Source of the DNA: Candidatus Krumholzibacteriota bacterium
GTDB taxonomy: Bacteria > Krumholzibacteriota > Krumholzibacteriia > JAJRXK01
NCBI GenBank assembly: GCA_963764625.1
Contig: CAVXTH010000006.1
Location: 672,001 to 736,000, forward strand
Direction: 5' to 3'
Length of the DNA: 64,000 bases
A program made the position numbers and the translations under genes. Of this stretch, positions 8,101 to 17,349 are shown piece by piece. Position 1 is the stretch's first letter, and each line of letters starts with the position of its first letter. The notes under the pieces were generated by a model. The model was given only the letters and a program-made list of their open reading frames with translations, was not told the DNA's origin and did not search any database.

Positions 8101-10541
8101 GAGCGCCTAAAGACGTCCTCAGTCGGGCGCTGTTGCTCGCCCCGCTGGCAGTGGCAGTAGCTCTACCTCAGACGGTCGGCGTTCTGTCTGTTTCCGCTGG
8201 CTGGCTTCTTCTGGTAGTACTGCCCGGGAATGGCTTCCTCCGCCTTTTCCCCATCACATTGCTTCGAGATGGTGACAACCTGGGGTTGCTCGATGCGTGG
8301 TTCGAATCGACCGTCGTGGGGGTCATGTGTCTGTCGCTTTGGCTCAGCCTTGCCGACATGGCGAGCATTCCCTTGGTCTATGCCGTGACCGTATTTGGTG
8401 GATTGGGCGTGGCCCTCTGGCTGACCAAAGGAACGTTTGGAACTCTGGTCCCTTCGCGGATCGGTTGGGAATACGTGCTCGTGGTGTCGCTGATTGCGCT
8501 CGGCACGGTGCGTGCCGTTCTTCTTTCCCGTGCGAATCCAGGTGGTACCGACGTGCTGGCGCACCTCGACGGCGTGCGGCAAGTGGTTGCGACGGGAGAG
8601 GTCTTCCCACACATGCCGAGAATCGATGGAATGGCGGGACTCAGACCCGACCCTCGGTTTGGAACGTGGCACGGGATGCTCGCCGGCATCTGGAAGCTAG
8701 CCGGGGGACCACTCTGGAGCACATGGGCATGGGTGGGAATTTGGATGATTGGGCCGATTCTAATCGCGATGGAGAGAGTCGCGCGGGCCATCTTTCGAAG
8801 CGCCGCTGCCGGCGCCGTCTGCTTGTTTGTGTATCTCCTGCTGATGCCAAGAGTGGAAGCGGACCTATTCTCAATCGCCGCGCTACCATCAGTAGTGGCA
8901 CGGAGCGTTGTCGGTTTCATCGTGCTTTGGCTCTGGCGCGGCCTCGACGAAAGCAAGTCGTTCCAGTGGAATTGGGGTCTCGTTGTACTCGCTGCGGGTC
9001 TTTCACTGTTCCGTTTGGACTACTACATGATGGTGGGCGGCGTGATCGGGATTCTCGCCTGTGTGGGCGCGTGCGGACTGGGGGGAGAGATTCGGTGGCT
9101 CTGGAGCAGGAGACTTGGCATCTGGGTTCTGAGTGGGCTTCCCTTTCTGATCTACAAGTACTGGCTGTCCCTTCCTACACCTCCTGGCTACATGTCACGG
9201 CATCTTGCGGGAGCATTGCTCCTCGGGGGCAAATGGTGGATGACCGATGTCTTCCAGGTTGGTCCTCTCGTCGGCGTTTTGTGGCTCTTGGGCATCATCT
9301 GGCTGGCCAAGGAGCGGGCAGCCCTGGACCAAAAAACGTGGCTTCTGCTCAGCGTCCTCTGCCTGGGAGCCGTTCAGGCATTCAATCCGCTGTTCTGCCG
9401 CGTACTCGAACCACTCGTGAGTGCCCCGTATATAATGCGGCTCGTGAAGCTGTTTCCGATCTACCTCCTCGTCACGGGAATGGTACTCGGCCTCACTCGA
9501 AGAACGGTGGGAGGGGAGAGAACCCACGGCGGCGTTCTGATGGGCTTCCTAACTCTGATCCTGGTTCTGCTCGCCAGCAACAGTAGCCTGAGGAATTGGA
9601 GCGCTTCGTTTCACGATCGGAAAGCAGACCATAGTTACGGAGTTGAACCTGGGATTCTCGAGTGGCTGCGAGCGCATGGAAATTCTGGAGTGATTGTCCT
9701 GGCCCACCCAAGCGTGGGCTATGCAATCGCCGGTTTGACGGATCTGTCGATCGTAGCCGCGCCGCCCAGCCATGCTTCACCGTGGGTGATTGATGCGCGT
9801 CAGCGAGAACGGGACGCAGATCGGACGCTCAGCCAGTGTACTTCCCTGCAGGAGCGGCGAAGAATACTCGAGAAATATCAGGCACAGTGGGTTTGCTTCA
9901 AGGAGGAGAAGGGAACGGCAGAGGACTGGGGTAGCGCGAGAGTACTGCATGAAGAGAACGGCTGGAAGCTGCTCGATGTTCCCCCCAAGCGGGAGAACCT
10001 TGAGAGCCCGGAGGATGACTGCAGCGTCGAGTTTCCCTCGAACCCATCGCATGGGCGGATCCTGTCGGTCGGAGATGAGATAGATGCTCTCATTGACTGG
10101 CCGGACACCGTGAGAGTCACCCAAGGTTCGACCACGACGCTTCCCCTCATATGGAAAGCAGAGGCACCCATTCCCGATCGCAAGATATGGGTGCTCAGGT
10201 TCGATCAGGACTATCCGCACGGGTTGCTGTATTGGAAGAGTTGGAGCAAGCCGTATCGCAAGTTGCAGGAGAACTTGAGTGGAGGTCGATATCGCTTTCG
10301 TGTCGAGGGGAGGCCTTGCAATGACCGACCCTCCGTCTTTTCCTGGGTGCCAAGCCAAGGGTACAGAGATGAGCTCGAGGTAACCGTTCCACATGACGTT
10401 CACAGAGGAATCTATCGCGTCGAACTGCGAATCCGTCCTTTCCAGTTCATGCAGAGCTACCACCCCGGTGATTACTTGAGTGATCACGATCTGTGGAGCG
10501 GTGTAGATTGCGGTACCGTCCTTCTGGTGGGAGGGCCTTGA
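8097..10541 (+). CDS. Large polytopic membrane protein, GT-C/STT3-like architecture
   Basis: Many TM segments, DxxxH (TDVLAH) in the first large external loop, then a soluble C-terminal domain (LEWLR...VLAHPSVGYAI...ILEKYQAQWV). Confidence 0.6.
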   Translation: MRAPKDVLSRALLLAPLAVAVALPQTVGVLSVSAGWLLLVVLPGNGFLRLFPITLLRDGDNLGLLDAWFESTVVGVMCLSLWLSLADMASIPLVYAVTVFGGLGVALWLTKGTFGTLVPSRIGWEYVLVVSLIALGTVRAVLLSRANPGGTDVLAHLDGVRQVVATGEVFPHMPRIDGMAGLRPDPRFGTWHGMLAGIWKLAGGPLWSTWAWVGIWMIGPILIAMERVARAIFRSAAAGAVCLFVYLLLMPRVEADLFSIAALPSVVARSVVGFIVLWLWRGLDESKSFQWNWGLVVLAAGLSLFRLDYYMMVGGVIGILACVGACGLGGEIRWLWSRRLGIWVLSGLPFLIYKYWLSLPTPPGYMSRHLAGALLLGGKWWMTDVFQVGPLVGVLWLLGIIWLAKERAALDQKTWLLLSVLCLGAVQAFNPLFCRVLEPLVSAPYIMRLVKLFPIYLLVTGMVLGLTRRTVGGERTHGGVLMGFLTLILVLLASNSSLRNWSASFHDRKADHSYGVEPGILEWLRAHGNSGVIVLAHPSVGYAIAGLTDLSIVAAPPSHASPWVIDARQRERDADRTLSQCTSLQERRRILEKYQAQWVCFKEEKGTAEDWGSARVLHEENGWKLLDVPPKRENLESPEDDCSVEFPSNPSHGRILSVGDEIDALIDWPDTVRVTQGSTTTLPLIWKAEAPIPDRKIWVLRFDQDYPHGLLYWKSWSKPYRKLQENLSGGRYRFRVEGRPCNDRPSVFSWVPSQGYRDELEVTVPHDVHRGIYRVELRIRPFQFMQSYHPGDYLSDHDLWSGVDCGTVLLVGGP

Positions 10542-10542
10542 C

Positions 10543-11826
10543 GTGAGCGGGTCGCTTAGGATCCTCATCCATTTGGATTTCCTGGGACTTGGCGGACACA
10601 TGCTTTCCACCATCAGTCTCGCCAGTGCACTCCAGCGGCGAGGGCATGAAGTGCTCGTGGCAGGAGAGCTCGGACCCCTGCGCCAGAAACTCGAAGACTC
10701 ACATCTCCGTTTCGTGCGCCTCCCACTCGGGCTGGATCCCATCCCTTCGATGCCGGTGTTCGACCCGCCAAATGGGGAGAGCATTGCTTCAGGATTGTCG
10801 GAGTTGGCAGTCAGCTGGAAGGCCAACGTCGTCCATGCGTTCCATCCTTATAACTTGCCCGCGGCACGGAGGGCTGCGCTTGCCGCGGACATTCCTTCCT
10901 TTCTTACCATCTGTGGGGGCAGACCGCAGTTCTCCCTTCCTGAAGGCCAGAGTGAGACGATCGTGTTCAGCGAGGAGTTGCGTGATGCCTATGTGCAAGC
11001 CGGCATCGTTGCCGAGGACAGAATTCATGTAGTGGAAAATCGCCTTCCGATTGCCGAATTGACGAGGGGACCCTGGAACCTCGAACCAGATCTCGAGGAA
11101 CGAATGCTACCGAATAGCCGAAGGATTCTCATGATCGGCCGTCTTGAAGAGGCGAAGATGAGCGGGACGTTACACGTCGTAGAGGCGATCTCGCGACTGC
11201 GAGAGAAGGTGGCCAATGTGCAGCTGCTCCTTGTGGGAGTAGGACCCGGCAGCCGTTCCGTGAGGGCTCGCGCGGCGGAACTCGGTCTCAGCGCGGAAAG
11301 CGGCGGATTCGTGGAGTATGGAAGAGTCTACGATGCCTACCGTCTGATCCCGCATGCCGACGTCTGCGCCGGCGTGGGAAGGAGTATTTTCGAGGCAATG
11401 GCGATCGGTCGGCCGTGCGTAATCGTGGGTGCGAACGGTTTCGCCGGCGTCGTTTCACCGGAGTGGATCGAACAAATCTCCTATTTCAACTTCTCAGGAC
11501 GAAATGCCACCAGTCCATCTACGGTACAGGCCCTTACAGACGCATTTGAAGAGCTACTTTCCAGAAAGCAGCTGTCAGAAGAACTGGTAGCCTTTGGACG
11601 TGATTACGCCGCGAAACGGCTGGATGTAGAAGTGGGTGCCGCGAAGTACGAGAAAACATACATGAACGCGCTGCGACAATGGGAGGAGGGAACGATACCG
11701 CGGGACAGAGTTCAGGCCATAGCGGACTACCGTAGGCAGCTACGCAAAAAGAGAGATGCCGCCCGCCGCGGAATGATCTTGAGACGAGCCTACCATGGCA
11801 TCACAAAGCTCCTGCACATTCGCTAG
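10543..11826 (+). CDS. Glycosyltransferase family 4
   Basis: LGGH...LASALQRRGHEV N-terminus; IGRL and FEAMAIGRP motifs. Confidence 0.88.
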   Translation: MSGSLRILIHLDFLGLGGHMLSTISLASALQRRGHEVLVAGELGPLRQKLEDSHLRFVRLPLGLDPIPSMPVFDPPNGESIASGLSELAVSWKANVVHAFHPYNLPAARRAALAADIPSFLTICGGRPQFSLPEGQSETIVFSEELRDAYVQAGIVAEDRIHVVENRLPIAELTRGPWNLEPDLEERMLPNSRRILMIGRLEEAKMSGTLHVVEAISRLREKVANVQLLLVGVGPGSRSVRARAAELGLSAESGGFVEYGRVYDAYRLIPHADVCAGVGRSIFEAMAIGRPCVIVGANGFAGVVSPEWIEQISYFNFSGRNATSPSTVQALTDAFEELLSRKQLSEELVAFGRDYAAKRLDVEVGAAKYEKTYMNALRQWEEGTIPRDRVQAIADYRRQLRKKRDAARRGMILRRAYHGITKLLHIR

Positions 11827-11872
11827 CGAGCAGAAGTACGAGTTTCGTGGGGCGATTCGCACAAGGAACGAC

Positions 11873-12544
11873 TCAGGCCTTCGGCATGAGGCGACGCAGC
11901 ACGAGCTTGGCGAGAGTTTTCAAGCCCACAGCAAAACTCTGTCCCTTGGAGAGGGAATACTCAGTGTAAATGGCCTTGATCGGAATCTCGACCAGCTTCA
12001 GCTTGTGCCGGCGCGATTCTGCAATGATCTCCGAAGAAACCTCCATTCGATTAGTTCTGATCTCGATCTTCTGTAGGGCTTCACGGCGAAACCCGCGGTA
12101 CCCCGATTGTGAGTCCGTTACCCAGGCACCGAAGAGAACAAGGGTGACCAGGTTTCCCACCCAGTTCGCGATCTGTCGCTTCTTGGGCATCCCGCGTGGA
12201 TCGAGCAGTCTGGAGCCGATGACGACATCCGCTCCTTCGCGGATAGCCGCCACGAAACGGGGGATGTCTTCTGGATCGTGCTGTCCGTCGGCATCGAGAC
12301 AGATGATCGCTTCGCCTCCGCGAGCCAGGGCCGCGGCGAAGCCCGTGCCCAGCGTGGCTCCGAGTCCTCGATTGATGACGTGCCGAACGAGAATCGCGTG
12401 TCCCGCGAGCGCGACCTGACTGGTCCCATCCTTGGAGCCGTCGTCGACGACCACGACCTCGTCGACCATGGGCGTGACGCGTTCCAGGACTTCCGGGAGA
12501 GTAGATTCTTCATTGAAGGCGGGGATCACCGCAATGGTCCTCAT
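11873..12544 (-). CDS. Glycosyltransferase family 2 (polyprenol-phosphate glycosyltransferase/DPM1-like)
   Basis: Start reassigned to MRTIAVIPAFNEE; VVDDGSKDGT, DADGQH, VIGSR and TDSQSGYR motifs. Confidence 0.9.
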   Translation of the reverse strand: MRTIAVIPAFNEESTLPEVLERVTPMVDEVVVVDDGSKDGTSQVALAGHAILVRHVINRGLGATLGTGFAAALARGGEAIICLDADGQHDPEDIPRFVAAIREGADVVIGSRLLDPRGMPKKRQIANWVGNLVTLVLFGAWVTDSQSGYRGFRREALQKIEIRTNRMEVSSEIIAESRRHKLKLVEIPIKAIYTEYSLSKGQSFAVGLKTLAKLVLRRLMPKA

Positions 12545-12807
12545 GCATCGATTGTAGACGGGCTGTGGAGGCGAAGCAAGCGGCGGCCTGGAACCAGCGA
12601 TTCGGGGCACGAACGCATCGTCCAAGGACGCGCCTTTCACGGACTTGCGGCGGGCGGGTCGAGGGGGGCCTCATACTTTCTTGTGCTTCCTCGAGGGGCC
12701 TTCTCCCGAAGCGAATCCGCCTACCTCCGGGCCGAGCGGGTGTGCTAGTCTCCAGCCCGTTTCGGGGGCCGTGCGAGTCCGCTGGCGAGAAAGGACGAGA
12801 GCCGGGG

Positions 12808-13851
12808 ATGAGAGTCCTGCTGATTTCCGAGCGCTGGGAGAGCGTAATTGACGAAGGCATGCTAGTCTTCCTCGATCGATTCGCCCGATTCCTCAAGACC
12901 AGATTTCCTCTCCTGATCGTCCACGAGAGGGGAAGTGGGGCCGACGATCTGCCTCTGCGCCGTTTGCGTTTGGGGAAGGCACTCGTTACCCCCGCGCTCC
13001 AGGAATGCCTTGAGAGCTTCCGCCCCGAGTTGGTCCTCTACTGTCCCACGGCCTGCGCGACTTTCAATGCGCTGGTGAGGCATTCCCGACTCAGTCGGGC
13101 GTACCGGGGAGTTCCCTGTGCGCTCTTGAGTCTCCAGAGCCGGGAGTACACTTGGTGGCAGCGGCCTCTTCTGCGTTACGTGCGGCCGTGGCGACTGGTG
13201 GTGCTTTCGCGAGCGCAGGAACTCGCTGCCCGGGATCATGGGTTTCCAACGCTCGCGATGCGCGCGGGAGTCGACCTCGACCGCTTTCGGCCGACACCAG
13301 ACGACGAGCGAGTTCGGCTCCGTCAGAAGTTTGGTTGGCCACAGGAGAAGAGAGTGATCCTGCACGTGGGTCATCTGTGTTCCGGCCGCGGTCTGCGGGC
13401 GCTGAAAAGTTTGGCTGGACAGCAAGGGCTTCACCTCGTCCTGGCGGCGAGCACGGCGAATCCGGCCAACGAATCTCTGAAGAGAGAGTTGGAGCAGGCG
13501 GGCGTCGAGGTTCACCATGAATACCTTCCCCGCATCGAGGATTTGTATCGGGCCGCCGACCTCTATCTGTTTCCAGTGAGGGAAGGGAGCGGGAGCATCG
13601 AGTTCCCCCTGTCGGTGCTGGAAGCGATGGCCTGCAATCTTCCGGTAGTGACCACTCCGTTCGGCGCGTTGGCGGAGAACTTCCTCGCTGGCGACGGGCT
13701 GCAGTATTTTCAGACGCCGGAAAAAATCCCGGCCGCAATGGACGCGGTGCTGTCGGCGCGAACCGACACTCGGGCGAAGGTGGAGGGCTTCAGCTGGGAG
13801 GCTGGTATGGAGACGCTGATGTCCGCATTGCGTGAGGCGATGAACTCGTGA
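12808..13851 (+). CDS. Glycosyltransferase family 4
   Basis: Start reassigned to MRVLLIS; GVDLDRF, HVGH and EFPLSVLEAMACNLPVV motifs. Confidence 0.88.
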   Translation: MRVLLISERWESVIDEGMLVFLDRFARFLKTRFPLLIVHERGSGADDLPLRRLRLGKALVTPALQECLESFRPELVLYCPTACATFNALVRHSRLSRAYRGVPCALLSLQSREYTWWQRPLLRYVRPWRLVVLSRAQELAARDHGFPTLAMRAGVDLDRFRPTPDDERVRLRQKFGWPQEKRVILHVGHLCSGRGLRALKSLAGQQGLHLVLAASTANPANESLKRELEQAGVEVHHEYLPRIEDLYRAADLYLFPVREGSGSIEFPLSVLEAMACNLPVVTTPFGALAENFLAGDGLQYFQTPEKIPAAMDAVLSARTDTRAKVEGFSWEAGMETLMSALREAMNS

Positions 13852-14528
13852 GTTCTACGCTGGTGTATCTTGCCGGTCTTGACGGCTCGGGAAAGAGCAC
13901 GCAGGCGCAGCTCTACGCATCCCAGGCGCGGAAACGGGGGGAAGTCTGGGATTATCGCTGGGCTCGCTGGGAGCCTTTCATCACCTCTCCCTTGATGCGT
14001 CTGGCCCGCTGGATCCTCGGACGTGGGGCCAAACGCGGATCCAGTCGGCCGCGAGACGATGCGGGATACGAGGATTTCACCCAGGGAAAGCAGCGTGTTT
14101 TCCGCAGCGCTTGGAGGCGAAAGGTGTGGACGACGGTGGTTCTGTTGGAATACCTCCCGCAGGCATGGTGGAGACTGGGGGGAAGCCGCCTTAGCGGGGA
14201 GCGGATTCTCTGCGACCGCTACCTCCCGGATCTCTGGGTCGATCTGGCGGTGAACTTCGCCAGCGGACCGGCAGGGATCGAGGCGCTGGCGCACCATCCC
14301 CTCTGTCGGCTCTTTCCCAGGATCGACAGAATGATCTTTCTGGATGTCGATCCACGAATCGGCTTCGAGCGCAAGAATGATGGAACTCCGCTTGCCTACC
14401 TGGAGGAGCGTAGGCCACTGTACCTGGCACTCGAGACCGTCTTGCCCTTTCAGCGCGTGAACGCGAATGGAAGTGTGGAAGAGGTAGCAAAAGGCCTCAG
14501 AGAAGCGATGGAACACAGGCCCGGCTGA
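13848..14528 (+). CDS. Thymidylate kinase-like P-loop protein
   Basis: GLDGSGKST P-loop, ILCDRY and IFLDVDP motifs of the dTMP kinase fold; coupled to the upstream GT4. Confidence 0.8.
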   Translation: MSSTLVYLAGLDGSGKSTQAQLYASQARKRGEVWDYRWARWEPFITSPLMRLARWILGRGAKRGSSRPRDDAGYEDFTQGKQRVFRSAWRRKVWTTVVLLEYLPQAWWRLGGSRLSGERILCDRYLPDLWVDLAVNFASGPAGIEALAHHPLCRLFPRIDRMIFLDVDPRIGFERKNDGTPLAYLEERRPLYLALETVLPFQRVNANGSVEEVAKGLREAMEHRPG

Positions 14529-14593
14529 GTCGATGGCAATGTGCTAAACTCATACGACGCCTAGGCTCCCCGAAACCCCACTTCAGGTCGTAC

Positions 14594-16111
14594 ATGAAAC
14601 GCCTCATCATCATCGGAATCGACGGGATGGACGCGGACTTCGTCGCCGCCCACCCCGAGGACATGCCCAACTTCCATCGCCTTGGCGAGAGGGGATATGG
14701 GGGTGGGCTCTACACGGTGTTTCCCTCGGATTCGATTCCCTCCTGGATCACCATCTTCACCGGGATCCCACCGGTGGATCACGGCATTCTGGATGCCATC
14801 GACTACTTCAAGAAGAACTGCACCGATTTTTCGGTCGATACTTCGGTGTTCAAGGGACGCACTTTTTGGGACGTCGCTTCCGATGCCGGCAAGAGCGTGT
14901 GCATCATCAATCCCTTCATGGCGTATCCTCCCTGGCGCGTGAACGGCTGCATGGTGAGCGGGCCGGTCTTCGTGACTGATGGTAAGGAGGCCGCGTGGCC
15001 TAAGGATCTCGGAGCGGAGTTCCCGATTCCCTCCATGGGAGGAATCGTCGACTTTCCCTCCAAGGAAACCCTCCATCAGTTTCGTCGGGAAAGCATCGAG
15101 TACACCGAAACGCAGCATCGTTTCTCCTTGAAGCTGTTGCGCAAGAAGGGTCCTTTCGATCTGTTCTTCTCCACCTATCTCACGCTCGATCGAGTCCAGC
15201 ATTTCTACTGGCGCTACCACGACCAAGAGGATCCCACCTACCCTGGACCTACCGAGCACGAGGGTGTAGTTCTGGAATTCTATCGGCTCTTCGATCGTTT
15301 GGTGGGGGAGTACATGGAGGCCGCGGGAGACGAGTACGAGATCATGGTGGTGAGCGATCACGGACACGGTCGCCGCTGCACGAAAGTGGCGAACGTCAAC
15401 GAATATCTGCGACGTAAAGGCTGGCTCGAGGCGCGCGGCGGCAGCAAGAATCCGCTGAACCCGCGGCGCCTGGTGCAAAAGCTGAAGACCTCGACCTTGA
15501 ACATGCTCGATCGCCTTGATATGGCCGACGTGGCACATCGCATCGTGAAGACGGTGCCGAAGGTGCGTGAACTGAAGAAGACCTCGTTTCTGGTGGACGA
15601 GGAGAGCAACCTCGTCTTCACTCCGCGCTTCGCCGGAACCAATCCCTGTGGCGGGGTGTCCATTAACCGCGCGGTGTGCGCGGCGCGAGCGATCGATTAC
15701 GAGGAGCTGCGCGCCGAGCTGAAACGCGACCTCTTGGCCATGCGCGACGAGGGGACGGGGGAGAGCCTTTTCCAGTGGGTCTTGACGCGGGAAGAGTACG
15801 TGGGCAACGGCCAGGCCATCTCCAAGTTCCCCGATCTGGTCTTTCTGCTGAAAATGGAATACGGCACGGGATGGGATCTCTTTGGGGACATCGTGTCGAC
15901 GAACCCGACGCACCGAAAGATCTCCGGGGGCCACAAACTGCGAGGCGTGCTGTACACGAGCCTCGATCCTCACGCTGCTGAAGGGGATATCGAAGAGACA
16001 CCCGCCGTGCATGACATAGCCCCGCTGGTGCTCCACACTCTCGGCTTACCGCGCCAGCCCTGGATGCGACGAGTGGGCCACGCAAAGCCCGAGGTGGCAT
16101 GCGAATCTTGA
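14594..16111 (+). CDS. Alkaline-phosphatase superfamily (type I phosphodiesterase/nucleotide pyrophosphatase)
   Basis: IGIDG, DSIPSWITIFTG, LDRVQH, VSDHG and GGH metal-ligand motifs. Confidence 0.88.
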   Translation: MKRLIIIGIDGMDADFVAAHPEDMPNFHRLGERGYGGGLYTVFPSDSIPSWITIFTGIPPVDHGILDAIDYFKKNCTDFSVDTSVFKGRTFWDVASDAGKSVCIINPFMAYPPWRVNGCMVSGPVFVTDGKEAAWPKDLGAEFPIPSMGGIVDFPSKETLHQFRRESIEYTETQHRFSLKLLRKKGPFDLFFSTYLTLDRVQHFYWRYHDQEDPTYPGPTEHEGVVLEFYRLFDRLVGEYMEAAGDEYEIMVVSDHGHGRRCTKVANVNEYLRRKGWLEARGGSKNPLNPRRLVQKLKTSTLNMLDRLDMADVAHRIVKTVPKVRELKKTSFLVDEESNLVFTPRFAGTNPCGGVSINRAVCAARAIDYEELRAELKRDLLAMRDEGTGESLFQWVLTREEYVGNGQAISKFPDLVFLLKMEYGTGWDLFGDIVSTNPTHRKISGGHKLRGVLYTSLDPHAAEGDIEETPAVHDIAPLVLHTLGLPRQPWMRRVGHAKPEVACES

Positions 16112-17340
16112 TGGCGAACACCTACCACTATCTCCGAGGTGGAGATAGCGCGTACGCGTTGGGAATTTCCTCCGCATTGGAGGAGGCGGGGCATGAGGTG
16201 ATACCCTTCGCGATGCAAGGGGATGCCAATCTTTCCTCCGACGCCGCGAGTTACTTCGCACCCGAGCTGGACTATCCCGCCTTGCAAGAGGAGGGGGGAC
16301 TCGCGAATTCGTGGAAAGTTGTCAGCAACTCGATCTACAATCGTCAGGCGAGGCGCAATCTCCAGAGGCTTCTCGATGAGAGGCGCGTGGACATAGTCCA
16401 TCTCCACTCGATCATGCATCATCTCACCGCCTCGATCGTCCTGGAGTGTCGCCAGCGCGACCTGCCCGTGGTGTGGACGCTCCACGATGCAAAGGCGTGT
16501 TGCCCCACCACGAGATTCATGCGCAAAGGGAAGATCTGTCACGATTGCGCTCAGGGACGGTTTTATCGCGCGGTGACCACTCGCTGTAAGCGCGGCAGTC
16601 TGGCGGCGTCGGCAATCGTCGCTCTCGAGCTCTACCTCCATCGCTGGTGGAAGATCTACGAGAAGGCAGACCTCCTCTTGGCTCCCAGTCGATTTCTACG
16701 CGATCTCCTGGTGGCCACCGGGCTTCGCCCACGACGCTTCGAGGTCCTGCCAAACTTCGTCGAGGTCGGGAAGTTCGATCCGGCACCCCCCGACGGCAGC
16801 TATGCGCTCTACCTGGGTCGACTCTCCCCGGAGAAAGGTCTGGAAACGCTCTTGCAGGCCGCGGCCCTCGAACCGCGGGTTCCCCTGCGAATCGTGGGCA
16901 CGGGGGAGATGGAACCGTATCTCAGGGGCCAGTGCGAAGCGCTCGGCCTGGACCACCTGCGGTTCGAGGGACACCTCGACGGCCCCGCTGTCCGCGAGTT
17001 GCTGTACGGGGCCAAATGTCTCGTCCTCCCTAGCATATGCGATGAGAATTGCCCTCTGTCGGTGCTCGAATCCTTCGCGGCCGGCCGGCCGGTACTTGCA
17101 AGCCGATGCGGGGGAATCCCCGAGCTGGTGGAAGAGGGAGTGACCGGTCGTCTCGTCGAACCGGGCAGCGCCGAGGCAATCGCCCGCGGTCTGAAGGATC
17201 TGGTGGAACGGCCGGAGGAATGGCGGGCCATGGGACAGAGAGCGAGAGCAGTTGCAGATCGCAGTTATGACAAGGGACAACACATCGAAACGCTGACTGA
17301 GCTCTATCGCTCAGTTTTGGTTCAGCGGAACCACGGCTGA
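16099..17340 (+). CDS. Glycosyltransferase family 4
   Basis: MRILMAN...RGG, VWTLHD, GRLSPEKG and ENCPLSVLES motifs. Confidence 0.92.
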   Translation: MRILMANTYHYLRGGDSAYALGISSALEEAGHEVIPFAMQGDANLSSDAASYFAPELDYPALQEEGGLANSWKVVSNSIYNRQARRNLQRLLDERRVDIVHLHSIMHHLTASIVLECRQRDLPVVWTLHDAKACCPTTRFMRKGKICHDCAQGRFYRAVTTRCKRGSLAASAIVALELYLHRWWKIYEKADLLLAPSRFLRDLLVATGLRPRRFEVLPNFVEVGKFDPAPPDGSYALYLGRLSPEKGLETLLQAAALEPRVPLRIVGTGEMEPYLRGQCEALGLDHLRFEGHLDGPAVRELLYGAKCLVLPSICDENCPLSVLESFAAGRPVLASRCGGIPELVEEGVTGRLVEPGSAEAIARGLKDLVERPEEWRAMGQRARAVADRSYDKGQHIETLTELYRSVLVQRNHG

Positions 17341-17349
17341 GGTTGCAAC

